A stretch of 64,000 nt of DNA from Roseibacillus sp. (GCA_051251855.1 JBPOGI010000005.1:224001-288000); one strand, 5' to 3'. Counted from the first letter of the stretch, positions 35,001 to 45,186 are shown. Program-made: numbers and translations. Notes: generated by a model from the letters alone, not told the origin.

Positions 35001-37814
35001 TTCGTAGTTGAGGAAGGCAAGAGTCTTGAGGTTGAAGGAGGAGTTCCAGTAATCGAGTCCCTTGTCGTTAGCATTGCTTAGGTTGGGCGTCATTTCGCCA
35101 GGTTGGCCATAGCAGTCGAAACGCAGGCCGTTGAATTCCTGATCCCAATTCGAATAGCCGCTTACCGCGATACTACCATTGACCCAACTGGAGCAGCCAT
35201 CTTTCTCGTTGGTGTTGTCGAGGAAAGAGAGTTGGAATTGGGTGATCTTGCAATCGAAGCCATAGAGATCGAGAGTTGGGTCGTAGGTGCCATCACGACC
35301 CACTTGGCGGCCACTGACCCCAGCTTCGCGGATGTAGTACTTGGAGCCTCCTTGGCCCTGATCTTCTAATAGCTCGTATTCGTAGAAGTTGGTGTTTGCG
35401 GCGAGTTTGGAGGCTCCTTTCATGCCGGCGTTCTCGACTGTGAAGTTTAAGCCGGCCAAGTTGTCTTTCCCGTTCTTGTAAGCGCTTTCGCCAGGAAAGT
35501 GAAGGTCGACTGGATTGGCGTCTTCTTCCACGGCTGCCAGCAGAAGAGCTGCCGCCCCGAGGTCTGCGGCGTTGTCATCATAGATCGGACTATTGAAGAG
35601 GTCATTCCTAAGTGCATAGAGATTGTAACCGGGCATGTAGAAGTTGGCCTTGGCGAAGGGATCGGTCTGGTGAGTGAGGTCATTTGCTGCCGGCGACTTT
35701 CGCCCCCAACCCAAGTCGCCATTGTTAGAAACCGTGCCCGGTGACCAGAGGCCCCCTGTGCCAGTGAAAATGAGCTTGCTCCCATCCGGAATGAGATCGA
35801 CTCCCACGGTCGAAAGTCCATCAGTGCAGCCCGCCGCGATAGGGCCAGGACAGGTTTGATAGTAAGGAACCGTGAGGGTGCTGACGCCGTTGAGGCTCGA
35901 GCCCGCCGCTTCGGCAAAGAAACCAGCTTTGAAAACGAGGTCAGAATTTTGGAAGGCGATCTCTGTCTTTTTAGGAAAGTGACTTTGGAAGGAGTAGGCA
36001 GCGATCTTCATCCCTCCATCATCCAAGCGGAAAGTGCCATCACCGGCTGGCGACCAAACAATCCCAGAGGAGACATCGTCGATTCGTCGGAGATATTGAT
36101 CGTTGGAGCATCGCTCAGCCATGGTGGGGTTGTCGAGGTCACCGTCAGCGGCGAAAGCTTCCAACTTTTCAAGGTCTTCGCGATGAACGTAGTTGGGAAG
36201 GTCGGAGCCTGAGGTCCGCGCGACAATGAACCCGTCGGTGCTTACCGTGAAACCGTTGGCGGCCTTATCGAGAGGGAAGACCACAGGGTGTGCTTCGTCG
36301 CCGAGCGCGGGAGCGGTGTAGCCGGAAGTTGAAAAGGTGAAGTCGGACGGGGGGCAGAGAGCCGAATCGAGAGAAATAGAAGATCCCAAAGCGGCGATTT
36401 GGCTTTCGCCTAAATAAGGGTTTTGATTGTGGTTGGGAAAGAAGACGAGGCCCTGCGGGAGGTTGTAGGTAATCGCCGATGCGTTGTAGCCTGCAATGGT
36501 GAAATTCACATTACCGTAGGAAAAATCAGGACCCGCTAAACAGTGGATATCGTTACCGGATCCGTTGGCGAGATAGAGGTTTTCTCCTCCCGAGGTGAGC
36601 GTCATGGTGCCGTCTGCCAGGAGGGCGACATTGAGCAGGTTCTCGGAGCCAAAGGCGACATCAGGTCGGCCAGGAATGGAGCCACCATTGGTGGGGATTT
36701 CGATAGAGGCTGCAATTGAGCTGGGGCCAACCGATCCTATCGAGACCCCGCTTGAGAGTTCATTGACGACCACTGTTTCTGGCCCTGCTACCAGATTGCC
36801 GTTCAAGTGCAGCAATCGTTCGGGTGTAATTTCACAGGTGGCTCCAGTCTCGATGACGCCTCCTCCCTCACCGTGGCGGATGGTGCAGCGAAGGATGTAA
36901 GTTTCGTTTACGGAGTCCAGTTGCACAAGGGGCGTGAGTTGATCTTGTATCACTAGGCTAGTGATTGAGGGGATGGTGCGACCGCCTAGTATTTGATAGG
37001 AGTCGAGAGGCTGGCTCAAGCTGACGATACCATCTCCCGCGAGAGGAACGGGGTTGCCGCTGCTGGCTTCGATGATGTCAAAGTCGGCAAAGAAGGTGAC
37101 ATTTTGTGAAGCAATGGGATCGGCGAATTCATCATAGCGGAGAGCGAAAAATGAAATCCTCGCCTCGAAGCCATCATCGCTGGGGTTGGTAGCGAGGGCG
37201 TAGGTTTTGCTCCACGAGACACTCGATACCGTCGTCTCCACATTGTAGGGAGCGTCCCCATTGACGGTGTTGGTGAACTGGAGGACCCCCAATGGCTCAG
37301 GACTCGAGTCATCCTGCTGTCCCGCCACGTCGCTCCACACGGGCGAACCTACTGTGACTGGCGCGCGTTGAAGCTGTCCACGAACGAAGTAAGTTTCCTT
37401 TTCCGCCAAAAGAGCGTCAGGAATGACGATGCCGTTTAGGGTCGCGGTGCTCGTGCCCCCTCCACCGATTAGAAAAGACTGGGTGGAAGAATAGCCCACC
37501 ATACTGCCTCCATCGAGAGCGATCGCCACCGGGCTCCCGTTGTTGCCGCGCATCAACTGGTAGCAAACTCGGTATTGCCAAAAAGCTAGCCCACCTCCCG
37601 TATTCTGAACCGAAATATCAAAATCAGTATCAAAGCCGTGATGGTTGGTGGTGGCATCGCCATCGAATTCGTCCGAGGCGACCAAGTAGAACCGATTCTC
37701 GACGATTGGACGACTCATCGTCTCGATGAGTTGCGCGGAGGCAAGAGAGGCGAGCAAAGCGGAGAAGAGTGTTGCAAGGAAGCAACGGGAAAAGTGGCAG
37801 GCGTGTGTTCTCAT
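32079..37814 (-). CDS. 1911-aa secreted protein of unknown function (beta-rich / helical / beta-rich, Cys-rich)
   Basis: Signal peptide (LASLASA-Q); long ORF; ~400-aa amphipathic helical block and C-terminal alternating beta-strand region ending WCPFCIK...WSIQ. Confidence 0.75.
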   Translation of the reverse strand: MRTHACHFSRCFLATLFSALLASLASAQLIETMSRPIVENRFYLVASDEFDGDATTNHHGFDTDFDISVQNTGGGLAFWQYRVCYQLMRGNNGSPVAIALDGGSMVGYSSTQSFLIGGGGTSTATLNGIVIPDALLAEKETYFVRGQLQRAPVTVGSPVWSDVAGQQDDSSPEPLGVLQFTNTVNGDAPYNVETTVSSVSWSKTYALATNPSDDGFEARISFFALRYDEFADPIASQNVTFFADFDIIEASSGNPVPLAGDGIVSLSQPLDSYQILGGRTIPSITSLVIQDQLTPLVQLDSVNETYILRCTIRHGEGGGVIETGATCEITPERLLHLNGNLVAGPETVVVNELSSGVSIGSVGPSSIAASIEIPTNGGSIPGRPDVAFGSENLLNVALLADGTMTLTSGGENLYLANGSGNDIHCLAGPDFSYGNVNFTIAGYNASAITYNLPQGLVFFPNHNQNPYLGESQIAALGSSISLDSALCPPSDFTFSTSGYTAPALGDEAHPVVFPLDKAANGFTVSTDGFIVARTSGSDLPNYVHREDLEKLEAFAADGDLDNPTMAERCSNDQYLRRIDDVSSGIVWSPAGDGTFRLDDGGMKIAAYSFQSHFPKKTEIAFQNSDLVFKAGFFAEAAGSSLNGVSTLTVPYYQTCPGPIAAGCTDGLSTVGVDLIPDGSKLIFTGTGGLWSPGTVSNNGDLGWGRKSPAANDLTHQTDPFAKANFYMPGYNLYALRNDLFNSPIYDDNAADLGAAALLLAAVEEDANPVDLHFPGESAYKNGKDNLAGLNFTVENAGMKGASKLAANTNFYEYELLEDQGQGGSKYYIREAGVSGRQVGRDGTYDPTLDLYGFDCKITQFQLSFLDNTNEKDGCSSWVNGSIAVSGYSNWDQEFNGLRFDCYGQPGEMTPNLSNANDKGLDYWNSSFNLKTLAFLNYEDPDGQCPPIFDGKLAAGAQTYANYVNEPLIGTLVFCKNGNLSTLQNALDEPEGFGGIDSQLRLPSVIPLDGPNQPYNLITTSKLRFNNPEAPGMSAAQRPDSGFVTFAATIDIPYFRDLEVQAITTATSTVPDNMTLSTAPFAITPGWNVGSDTFFTQDGFDPTHSGFPFAEIAIDDYRNPKNSGIDVDTLISNEHLVVAEQDLFGFIPLSYPLFWDDNTRRFASAQAIEQNIFVAQMEHQVDWMDAKFANISFGATYDGLPEIKISNFLNGEIDKASEAISTAIGTVPKQAIDTGLERLDEMLEDALCSLINPLVDAAAGTEMNPGAIRELYRFVYQLYLDNPTDDYQTFRNQVQMALDNPSDFIFDSIPELADLRDQICTIAETGNTAIADTASFVDQIEVALEDIIKGIDVITLGIKTTQDYESDISAPTITASDIKGILYRNGAGELELVDALLDLLLANLVEPAVRDVIQPLLDEGASELNAQINMLLEDVDPALEQITEVLITVRGFLAEIHSKVETGGEIVDKFADFFPSTPAAKNALLNSYMRPVTTRAWNFFLQMEVALGIDVLVDGGTQFDEFAENFFNNFTEEQFVQLIKDELKDAILDSEFVRKAQFLLRQLLYDVADKVTSALQSVLSELTTVMKTVISDTVGALEDEINPLLGEVSKYMGSGEISGYAEFNGDSLRKLRLDAEMQFEIPEEMALKVYLEILAYTSEDNFVDSGCIKPGEKMVEVRIGARDVSVEWIADCKINLEVKLSLKDFDTADAIPPIPVGVGGTFELSDGEIDFQAFKILEFGATIAIGLDECYLGAKARAIFSDYEVAAGIFFGRTCTLEPLIFVDPDIDDVVDPGTTFTGAYVYGEVWLPISQLVLGVPPSCLFRIDAGVGAGAFYFLEGPTYGGKIFLGVSGEALCVVSIKGEIRIILASQAGKLKGAGNGKFTAKVGWCPFCIKFNKSVKLIFNDGSWSIQ

Positions 37815-38040
37815 GACTCAAAGGAAAGGCTTTAACCGAAGTGGAAGACGGTCTTTTCGAAGTACGGGAAAAGAGGTCCAAAGCCGGTAAAATACTATAG
37901 CGATGAAAACTTAGCCTGATGCGAATCTGGCTAAAGTTGAGGCGTTGTGACTACTGTTCCCGCAATAATCAGGGATATAGTCACCAAAGATCAGGTGGAA
38001 AGGCAAGGGAAGATGAAAAAAAGGAAACAGATTTTATCTG

Positions 38041-38970
38041 TTAGAAGGGTGACTCAGGAATCCACTGAAGAGTTTTGGTGACTGCCTCTTCTCTTTGTTT
38101 GTCGTAAAAGAGAAGATGATGGGAATCTTCAAGTCGAAAGACGGTGGGAGGTTGAGCGAAGGAATTGGAAAATTCCTCGATGAGGGAAGATGTTGTTAAA
38201 TCATCTTTACCACCATGTAGGATAAGGGTTGGAAGGGTGATTGTTTCCGCTTCTTTGTTCATTGATTGTGAGAGGTTTGCTAATGCTCTGAGGTATCGAA
38301 GACTGTATCTTTCGACTTTGTAAGGATTGGTTGCGCTTTGCTGGAAATGGTTTGAGTTGGTGGTGGCTTGAAAAGAGCCTCCTGCTAGGGCTTCAAGGGA
38401 GATGCGGGCCTTGGGAGCGAGGAACGCGGCGGTTTTCAAAGCCGCTACCTGCCATGCTGGAATGGCGTTTAAAGAAACGACGGGAGAGACGAGCACCAAG
38501 CCAACGGGCTTCTCGGTGGCTTGATTCGCTGCATGAAAGGCGATTAGGGAGCCCATGGACTCACCGATCCATACAAAACGAGCTTGGGGGTGACGTTGTC
38601 TGAGAGTTCTATCGAGCTCTAACAGGTCACGCTGCCAGAGCTGGGAGAAGGAGATGTCACCTTGATCCTTGGGGATAGGATCGTAACCGTTCCCTCGAAG
38701 ATTGAGGGCATAGAGAGTAGTGTCAGGTGACTGAGAGGGGAGCGCTTTTCCTAAGTTCCCAAAATCGCGGGCGGCTCCTTCAATACCGTGAAGGCCGATG
38801 AGAACGGTCTTAGGCTGGGCTTGCCGATTCCAGTGGCGCAGGGAAAGTTGTTTGCCGTCGGAGGTGGTGAGAAACGAGGAGGAGGGAGGCGAGGGCGCAT
38901 TTTTCGAAGAGCTGGCACATGAGACCAATAGGAGGAGAGCCAAACCGAGGGGGAGGAGCAGGATGCGCAC
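38041..38970 (-). CDS. Alpha/beta hydrolase lipoprotein (lysophospholipase-like)
   Basis: Lipobox LLVSC, LHG, GESMG nucleophile elbow, LHGGKDD, H. Confidence 0.85.
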   Translation of the reverse strand: MRILLLPLGLALLLLVSCASSSKNAPSPPSSSFLTTSDGKQLSLRHWNRQAQPKTVLIGLHGIEGAARDFGNLGKALPSQSPDTTLYALNLRGNGYDPIPKDQGDISFSQLWQRDLLELDRTLRQRHPQARFVWIGESMGSLIAFHAANQATEKPVGLVLVSPVVSLNAIPAWQVAALKTAAFLAPKARISLEALAGGSFQATTNSNHFQQSATNPYKVERYSLRYLRALANLSQSMNKEAETITLPTLILHGGKDDLTTSSLIEEFSNSFAQPPTVFRLEDSHHLLFYDKQREEAVTKTLQWIPESPF

Positions 38971-39095
38971 GGAGGGAGGCTAGCAATGTCGTGACCCCCT
39001 CACAACAACGTAGCACTAAGAATCCGAGCATTGACTAAGCAAGGGTGTCTCGTAGCATCTGGAGGATTTCAGGTGGAAGCCCTTCCTGCAATTGG

Positions 39096-39671
39096 ATGAT
39101 GAAGCCAAAACAGAAGATTCTACTCGTAATCCTTTTACCTGGATTGGCTTTTTTGATGGCTTCAGGCCTTCTTGTCGTAAGTGGGTTAAATGACCAGGTG
39201 GGAAATGCGGACGTTGCGTTGGTCTTGGGAAATAGGGTGAATCTAGATGGAACCCCATCGCCACGGCTCAAGGCGCGACTTGATACCGCAGCTGAACATT
39301 ATGCTCTGGGGCATTTTCCCAAGATTATTGTCAGTGGTGGTACTGGTGTGGAAGGAGTTCCGGAGGGCACCGCTATGAGAAACTATTTGGTTGGTTTGGG
39401 AGTTCCTCAGAAAGCAATTCTGATCGATAATATGGGCGTGGATACTCGAGCGAGCGTGGAGAACACGATTGCGATTCTAAACTCGACTCAATTGGAGAGT
39501 GTCTTCGTGGTGACGCAATACTTTCATATTCCACGAACCAAGCTTGCGCTCAAGAAGTCCGGTGTGTCTGAGATTTACAATGCGTATCCTCGCTTCTTTG
39601 AAGGGCGTGATTTTTATTCGATTGCAAGAGAGGTTCCGGCCTTTCTTAAGTATCTTGTAGTGCCGCTCTAG
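39096..39671 (+). CDS. YdcF/SanA (DUF218) family protein
   Basis: N-terminal TM, LVLG, ARLD.A, IIVSGG, EGTAM, VVTQYFHIPR. Confidence 0.88.
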   Translation: MMKPKQKILLVILLPGLAFLMASGLLVVSGLNDQVGNADVALVLGNRVNLDGTPSPRLKARLDTAAEHYALGHFPKIIVSGGTGVEGVPEGTAMRNYLVGLGVPQKAILIDNMGVDTRASVENTIAILNSTQLESVFVVTQYFHIPRTKLALKKSGVSEIYNAYPRFFEGRDFYSIAREVPAFLKYLVVPL

Positions 39672-39802
39672 TGAGGAACAAGTCGGAGTATACTAGGCAG
39701 GAGCTTTTGCTGGTGAGCCGCAAGGTGACATGGTAGGGGTAGTGACAGTGGGCTGAGTTGCTGAGTTGCTGAGATTAGGTGCGCTGAAATTCTCTCTGGA
39801 AG

Positions 39803-40285
39803 ATGAACTGGCCGCCACCATCGAAAAATTTGACAGATTATCCGGCGGAGTGTCTGTGGTATCTCATGCCGGGCTTGCTCGTGCATCTCTTCTTCCTGCT
39901 GCTCTCGCTTGTGTTGATGGGGCTTCTATCTTTTTCGAAGTTGAAGATGCCAGAAGTGAAGACAGTTCTCTTGTTTCATGGGTTCCTTCTGGTTTTCGCT
40001 ATGCTAGCCAATGGTGTTTGGAGTTGTTCGGTTTGGGGCAATCTTTACTGGTCTGTTGACTACACCTCAGATTTTTCAGCGTTCTACCCAATCACTCGAG
40101 GAGTGATCGATTATTCATGGGGAGAGGAGATGTCGGGTGGCCTTCGCGACGTCAGCCTGACTGAATTGAACTTCGTTTGGTTTGGGTTTGTGTTGGTGGT
40201 CTGGGCCGCTGGGCTTGCTGCTACATATTTTCTTTTAGAGAGACGTGGTAGAATAGGGACACAATCCGTAGAGCCCATTTCTTAA
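39803..40285 (+). CDS. Hypothetical membrane protein (3 TM)
   Basis: Three hydrophobic segments; co-oriented with neighbours. Confidence 0.6.
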   Translation: MNWPPPSKNLTDYPAECLWYLMPGLLVHLFFLLLSLVLMGLLSFSKLKMPEVKTVLLFHGFLLVFAMLANGVWSCSVWGNLYWSVDYTSDFSAFYPITRGVIDYSWGEEMSGGLRDVSLTELNFVWFGFVLVVWAAGLAATYFLLERRGRIGTQSVEPIS

Positions 40286-40412
40286 TCGTGCTGGCGAGTC
40301 GGAGGTTGAAGGGAGAAGATAGTTTATTAGAAGCGTTCGGCAAAAATGCTGAATATGGTTGTTTTGGTTTCGTCTCACTTTCGCTATTTTGCTGAGAATC
40401 TACCAATCAAAT

Positions 40413-40796
40413 ATGAAATCAATTGTCCTTCTAATTACGTGGATGCTTCTCTTAACCTCAGCTCTTAGCTTTTCCGCGGAATCAGAGGTGAAGGTTGTTG
40501 GGAAATGTCTGAAAATCTCAGCAGTCGGTGGGCAGGTTCAATTGGTTCCTTTGAGATCTATTATTTCGGTAAAAATTTCTCCGCTATACGAAGAGAATGT
40601 GGGAGCAGCCGATGAGGATGTGAAGGGCTATATTGAAATCGTCACCACTGCTCTTGTGAGGGCTCACCTCAAAGATGAACTCACTGCAGTGAACGAGAGG
40701 ATCCGAATCAATGGCATCAATTTTGCGGAGGCTAAGAAATTCGGGGGAGCTATTGAATACGCATTGGCCTATTCGGAAGGCACCGATAAAGGTTAG
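40413..40796 (+). CDS. Hypothetical secreted protein
   Basis: MKSIVLLITWMLLLTSALSFSA signal peptide from ATG 40413. Confidence 0.55.
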   Translation: MKSIVLLITWMLLLTSALSFSAESEVKVVGKCLKISAVGGQVQLVPLRSIISVKISPLYEENVGAADEDVKGYIEIVTTALVRAHLKDELTAVNERIRINGINFAEAKKFGGAIEYALAYSEGTDKG

Positions 40797-40846
40797 TCGA
40801 GCGAAATGGCGGCGTTGAAGTCTACTACTTAAAATCTTTCTATTCT

Positions 40847-41302
40847 ATGAGGCTTTTCTCAGCAGTAGGGCTTTGCATGCTCCTCTTCTTTTCGAGCTGC
40901 GGAAACCCTATTTATATGGCTTCTCAGGTTCCAGGGCTTCGGTCGGTGAGTGAAAGGATGAACGAGAAGGCCTTTGTTCGTTGGATGGAAAGTGATCCGA
41001 TTGACGAGGTGAAGGTGAGAGTGAAGAATGGCCATTATAAGCTGCTTGGGGTGGCTCACTATGCGGACAGGGAACGCTGGATTCCTGGCGTCTCAGGTCC
41101 TAAGAAGGATCATGTTCGGACCGATGTCACTTGGCAGGGGATGGGAGGTTACAAGGCACAATATATCGAGATTACGGAGGACTATATGTCGAAATTTAAC
41201 CAAGCGATGTTACTCGAACGCAAAGGAGTTGTTCTTGATGTCTATGCGAGGGGGCCAAGAAGCCGTGATTACCTCAAGCCGAGCAAAGACCACGAGGGGT
41301 AG
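40847..41302 (+). CDS. Hypothetical lipoprotein
   Basis: Lipobox-like FFSSC after a hydrophobic stretch. Confidence 0.55.
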   Translation: MRLFSAVGLCMLLFFSSCGNPIYMASQVPGLRSVSERMNEKAFVRWMESDPIDEVKVRVKNGHYKLLGVAHYADRERWIPGVSGPKKDHVRTDVTWQGMGGYKAQYIEITEDYMSKFNQAMLLERKGVVLDVYARGPRSRDYLKPSKDHEG

Positions 41303-41368
41303 TCACTTGACTGGCTTTAAGAGGGGGATGTTGGGGCTATTGTTCGCGGCAGTCTGCCAGACCGTTGG

Positions 41369-43387
41369 CTACTTTTGGAGAGAGAGCCAGTCTACCATGG
41401 CTTGGGCTTCGGCTGGCTTGAGGGCGAGATTGGGCATGGCCGGTGGGTAGCCGACTGGGTATTCGGCGAGAGGGTCGGTAATCGACTGGAGGAGGTAGGG
41501 CTTGTCAATGGTGACTTTGACGGTCTTGCCATCGCGGATGACTTCTTGTTTGCGACCGAGAATACCATTGAAGGCGGGGCCGGCGAGGCGGGTACCATCG
41601 AGGGTGTGGCAGGCGGCACAGATGGCTTTGTATTGGGCTTCGGCGTAGGCAAGGGGGCCTTCTTCGAGAGAGAATTTGTCGGTGGCAAGTTCGGCGTGGG
41701 AACCCCCTCCTTGATGGTGGACCATGGTATACCAGGCAGTGTCTTTGTAGAGGGGAAGGTTATTGAGTTTTACTTCGATGACCCAGCCGACGTTTTCGTT
41801 GCTGTATTTTCCTTGGGTGAGGTAGGGCGGGGAGTTGTCGCGGATGCCGGGGATTTCGAGGGTGATGGTTTTGCCGTCGGGGCTGAGGGACTTTCTAGTT
41901 TCGGAGAGTTTTTCGGTTCCGAAGTTGCGGCCGCCGTAGCCTTTGGTAGGGACGTAGGTCCATTGTTTGAGGGCGAAGTTTGTTTTTTCGAGTTGTTCGG
42001 GGGTGATGGCTTGAAAGAGGTCGATTTGGAGTCCGCCGACGTGGTCGCGAACGGCAACCATTTCGTTGAAGTCTGCGGGGACTTTTTCGGCATCGATCCA
42101 AGAGAGGCGTTGAAGTCCGTGGAGTGGTTTCGGATCTTCGCCGGGCTTGGGGAGGAAGCGCCAGAGTCCGCCGTCGCCGATGTGGCCGAGGTAGTAGTTC
42201 TTGTCGGGTCCTTGCACGATGCGGTTGGGGCCGGCGGTGAAGCCGGAACGGCCCTCGGGGTCGTGTCCGCCAGAGTGCAGGAAGACGGCTCCTTGCCAGA
42301 CGCCTTCGACTTCTTCGAGGAAGACGCGGTTGAGGCGGCCCAAGGTGAGGTCACCGATGAGCCATTGTCCGTTGTAGGGTGCGAAGGGGCCGGGGAGGTC
42401 GTTGAGTTGGAGGGGTTGGGTGGGAGAGCGATTGACGATTCCTTGGGGGAGGTGGACGGTGGGTGGGGTTTGGTAGCGGGAGCCGCCAGCAGTGGAGTCG
42501 ACTTCGGCGGGTTGGAAGGCGGCGGTATTGGTTTCTTCGTCCGCGAGAAGGTAGTGACCGTGGAAGCTGCCTTTGCTCAGGCGCAGAAATTCGTTGGTGG
42601 GATTGAAGACGCCTTGGTTGTCGGTGACGATGATTTCGTTGTCGGCACCCATTCCGATTCCGTTAGGAGTGCGGTAGCCTCCGGCGTAGTAGGTGATGTC
42701 AACTTGTTCGGGTGTTTCGGTGCCTGTGATAGGGCCGAAAAGAAAGGTGGAGCCGCGTTTGGTCTTGGGGTTGACGGTGAGGTTGCGCTCGCGTGAGCCA
42801 CCGAGGCGGATAGAGGTGGTGAGGTTGCCGACGAGGTAGGTTTTGTTGTCTTCGACGAGAGTTTCGAATCCTACGGTGTAGGTGTGGAAGTTGGGCTGGG
42901 AGAGGCCGTCAATGAGGACCACTTTTTCGTCGGTGGTGTAGAGCCCGTCGCCGTTGCGGTCTTCGAGGCGGGAGATTTTGTCTTTTTCGCCGATGTAGAT
43001 TTTGCCTGCAACAGTGGTGATGGCGGTAGGTTCGTAGAGGTCGCCCATGAGGCGTTGGGCTTTGACTTTGGCGCGGTCGGAGTTGCCGATGAGCCCAGTG
43101 ACGCGATAGACTTCACCTTCTTTGAAAGGGGCTTTGTTCTGGCGGTCGGGGGTGAAGACGGTGAGGTAGAGGTCCTCGCCATCAAAGGCCATGGCGGAAA
43201 TTTTGAGTTCGACGTCGAGAGTGGGGTAGAGGTTCTCGAGTTGGAAGAGAGGGTGGAGGCTGTCCGTTGAAGTGGACTTGTCCATCTTGGGGTCGAAGCC
43301 TTTTTTCTTGGCTCCGGGTTCGCCAGAGAGGGGGAGGAGAAGGGCTGCGAAGCTAGCGAGGGCGAGGAGTTTGGGCGAGGGAGGCAT
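41369..43387 (-). CDS. Secreted beta-propeller (sugar-dehydrogenase-like) protein with C-terminal monoheme cytochrome c
   Basis: Signal peptide; LEDRNGDG, GYRTPNG, TDNQG motifs; CAACH haem motif with distal Met (PPAMP). Confidence 0.8.
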   Translation of the reverse strand: MPPSPKLLALASFAALLLPLSGEPGAKKKGFDPKMDKSTSTDSLHPLFQLENLYPTLDVELKISAMAFDGEDLYLTVFTPDRQNKAPFKEGEVYRVTGLIGNSDRAKVKAQRLMGDLYEPTAITTVAGKIYIGEKDKISRLEDRNGDGLYTTDEKVVLIDGLSQPNFHTYTVGFETLVEDNKTYLVGNLTTSIRLGGSRERNLTVNPKTKRGSTFLFGPITGTETPEQVDITYYAGGYRTPNGIGMGADNEIIVTDNQGVFNPTNEFLRLSKGSFHGHYLLADEETNTAAFQPAEVDSTAGGSRYQTPPTVHLPQGIVNRSPTQPLQLNDLPGPFAPYNGQWLIGDLTLGRLNRVFLEEVEGVWQGAVFLHSGGHDPEGRSGFTAGPNRIVQGPDKNYYLGHIGDGGLWRFLPKPGEDPKPLHGLQRLSWIDAEKVPADFNEMVAVRDHVGGLQIDLFQAITPEQLEKTNFALKQWTYVPTKGYGGRNFGTEKLSETRKSLSPDGKTITLEIPGIRDNSPPYLTQGKYSNENVGWVIEVKLNNLPLYKDTAWYTMVHHQGGGSHAELATDKFSLEEGPLAYAEAQYKAICAACHTLDGTRLAGPAFNGILGRKQEVIRDGKTVKVTIDKPYLLQSITDPLAEYPVGYPPAMPNLALKPAEAQAMVDWLSLQK

Positions 43388-43519
43388 GGGTGTGATGATG
43401 AGGGGAGTTTACGCGGCTAAGTTGATGGTTCTTATCGGTAAATGGGGTGAGTTTGAGGAGGGTCGACTTGAGTCGAATGGTGCTGTGTTAAGGGAAAGTT
43501 CGTCTGGCGAAAGTTCTCA

Positions 43520-43633
43520 GTGGCGTGGGCCCTCCGGCCCACGAGAGTGGCTTCAGCCGTCTCGGTTGAAGTAGGAGCTTGAACCTCGGCAGGATGCCGA
43601 GGTTGACCTTCGTCGCCCAGAGGGCAACGCCAC
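43520..43633. repeat. REP-like inverted pair with central hairpin
   Basis: GTGGCGTGGGCCCTCCGGCCCACGA vs inverted TCGTCGCCCAGAGGGCAACGCCAC; central AACCTCGGCA-GGA-TGCCGAGGTT (43582-43604). Confidence 0.65.
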
Positions 43634-43651
43634 GATGAAGACTCCTGACTC

Positions 43652-44437
43652 CTAGTGCTCGTCGTTCGAGAAGAGGGAGGCGAAGAGCTGATTCATGTAG
43701 AAGAAGGAGCGCTCGTTGGAGAGTTCGTGGAATTCCGCTTTGCCGATCATGGTGGCTTCGGGGTCGGTGAAGGAGTGGACGGTGTTGCTGAATTGGATGA
43801 GCTGCCAGTCGGTGTCGGTGGTGAGCATGGCTTGTTCGAACTGGGCGACGTCTTCCTGAGGAACGAAGGGGTCGGCGGCTCCGTGGAGAACGAGGACGGC
43901 GGCTTTGGTTTTGGCGGCGTCGGCTGCGAGGGTAGGAGAGACGAGGTCTCCGTGGAAGGAGACGATGGCGTCGAGGTCGGCGCCGCTGCGGCCGAGCTCG
44001 AGGACGGTGCCGCCTCCGAAGCAGAACCCGATGGCGGCGGTTTTGTCTTTGTCGAGGGGGGCTTCTTGTTTGAGGAAGGTGTCGAGGGCGAGTTGGGCGC
44101 GAGAACGCATCATTTCGCGGTCGGCGCGCACGGCTCCGGCGGCTTCACCAGCTTCGCCCATGTTGGTGGGGCGGACGTCAGCGCCATACATGTCGGCGAC
44201 GAAGACGACGCGGTTGGTGCCGGCGACTTCAGCGGCTTTTTTGACGGCAGACTCGGTGACTCCCATCCAGTTCGGGACCATGAGAATGGCAGGAGCAGGA
44301 TCGGTGAGGGAGTCGTCGTAGACAAGCACGCCTTCGAATTGGGTGTCGGCGTCAGAGTAGGCGACTTTCTTCTGAATGAGTTCAGCGGAAGCGGAGAGGG
44401 AAAGGGTAAAGAGTGAGAGAGTGGTCAGTGTTTTCAT
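43652..44437 (-). CDS. Dienelactone hydrolase family protein (secreted)
   Basis: Signal peptide, IGFCFGG, SFHG, LHGAADP, HSFTDP. Confidence 0.9.
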   Translation of the reverse strand: MKTLTTLSLFTLSLSASAELIQKKVAYSDADTQFEGVLVYDDSLTDPAPAILMVPNWMGVTESAVKKAAEVAGTNRVVFVADMYGADVRPTNMGEAGEAAGAVRADREMMRSRAQLALDTFLKQEAPLDKDKTAAIGFCFGGGTVLELGRSGADLDAIVSFHGDLVSPTLAADAAKTKAAVLVLHGAADPFVPQEDVAQFEQAMLTTDTDWQLIQFSNTVHSFTDPEATMIGKAEFHELSNERSFFYMNQLFASLFSNDEH

Positions 44438-44485
44438 GGTTACTAAGGTAGGAGCGATTGAGTGAGGCGCAAGGTTGTTAGGAGG

Positions 44486-45151
44486 CTACTTCCAGAGTGA
44501 AGAAGGAAGTTCTACCACGCGTCCATTGAGGGGAGTGAAGAGGCGGTCATGTTCGCGAGAATAGGAATAGGTTTTGCCGCCAGTGAAGGTTCCGAAGGCG
44601 GGAAGGACGAGTTGGTTTTTGCGGAGAAAAAAGACGGGGGCGCGAAAGCCGGTTCCGGTGCCGTCTTTGATTCTGACGGCGGGGTGGAGGTGGCCGCCGA
44701 TGTGAAAGCCTGAGGGGTTGTCGAGTTCGTCGTCGGGGTCATGGAGAATGTGGAAGTCGTCGATGGTGTATTCGGGGAGGAGGGGGAAGTCTTTACCGAG
44801 GGGATTCTTGCCGCAGGCGGCGTCGTGGTTGCCTTCGACGAGGGTGATGGGGATGGGGGATTTGGCGAGCCAGGGAAGGAGGATGTCGAGGACTTCGGGG
44901 GTGCAGCCGACGCGCGCATGAAGGAGGTCGCCGGCGATGACGAGGTGTGAGGATTTGGTTTCGGTGATGAGTTTGTCGATGCGAGCGAGGTCGGTGAGGG
45001 TGTCGCCTTCGGGGACGGGGAGGCCACGAGCGCGGAAGGCGGCGGATTTGCCGAAGTGGGTGTCGGCGAGGATAAGGGTGTGTGACTGGGGCAGAAAGAG
45101 GGCGTGATCGGCGAGGAGTTGGAGGGGGCCGGGAGGGAGGTTGAGAGTCAC
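44486..45151 (-). CDS. pdeM: Ligase-associated DNA-damage-response metallophosphoesterase/endonuclease PdeM
   Basis: ADTHFGKS..FR..G.PVP, AGDLLH, EGNHD, GHLHP, LPAFG.FTGG; GTG start at 45151 chosen. Confidence 0.82.
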   Translation of the reverse strand: MTLNLPPGPLQLLADHALFLPQSHTLILADTHFGKSAAFRARGLPVPEGDTLTDLARIDKLITETKSSHLVIAGDLLHARVGCTPEVLDILLPWLAKSPIPITLVEGNHDAACGKNPLGKDFPLLPEYTIDDFHILHDPDDELDNPSGFHIGGHLHPAVRIKDGTGTGFRAPVFFLRKNQLVLPAFGTFTGGKTYSYSREHDRLFTPLNGRVVELPSSLWK

Positions 45152-45186
45152 GGGGGGAGTATGGAGGAGATTGAAGGGGGATTCAA

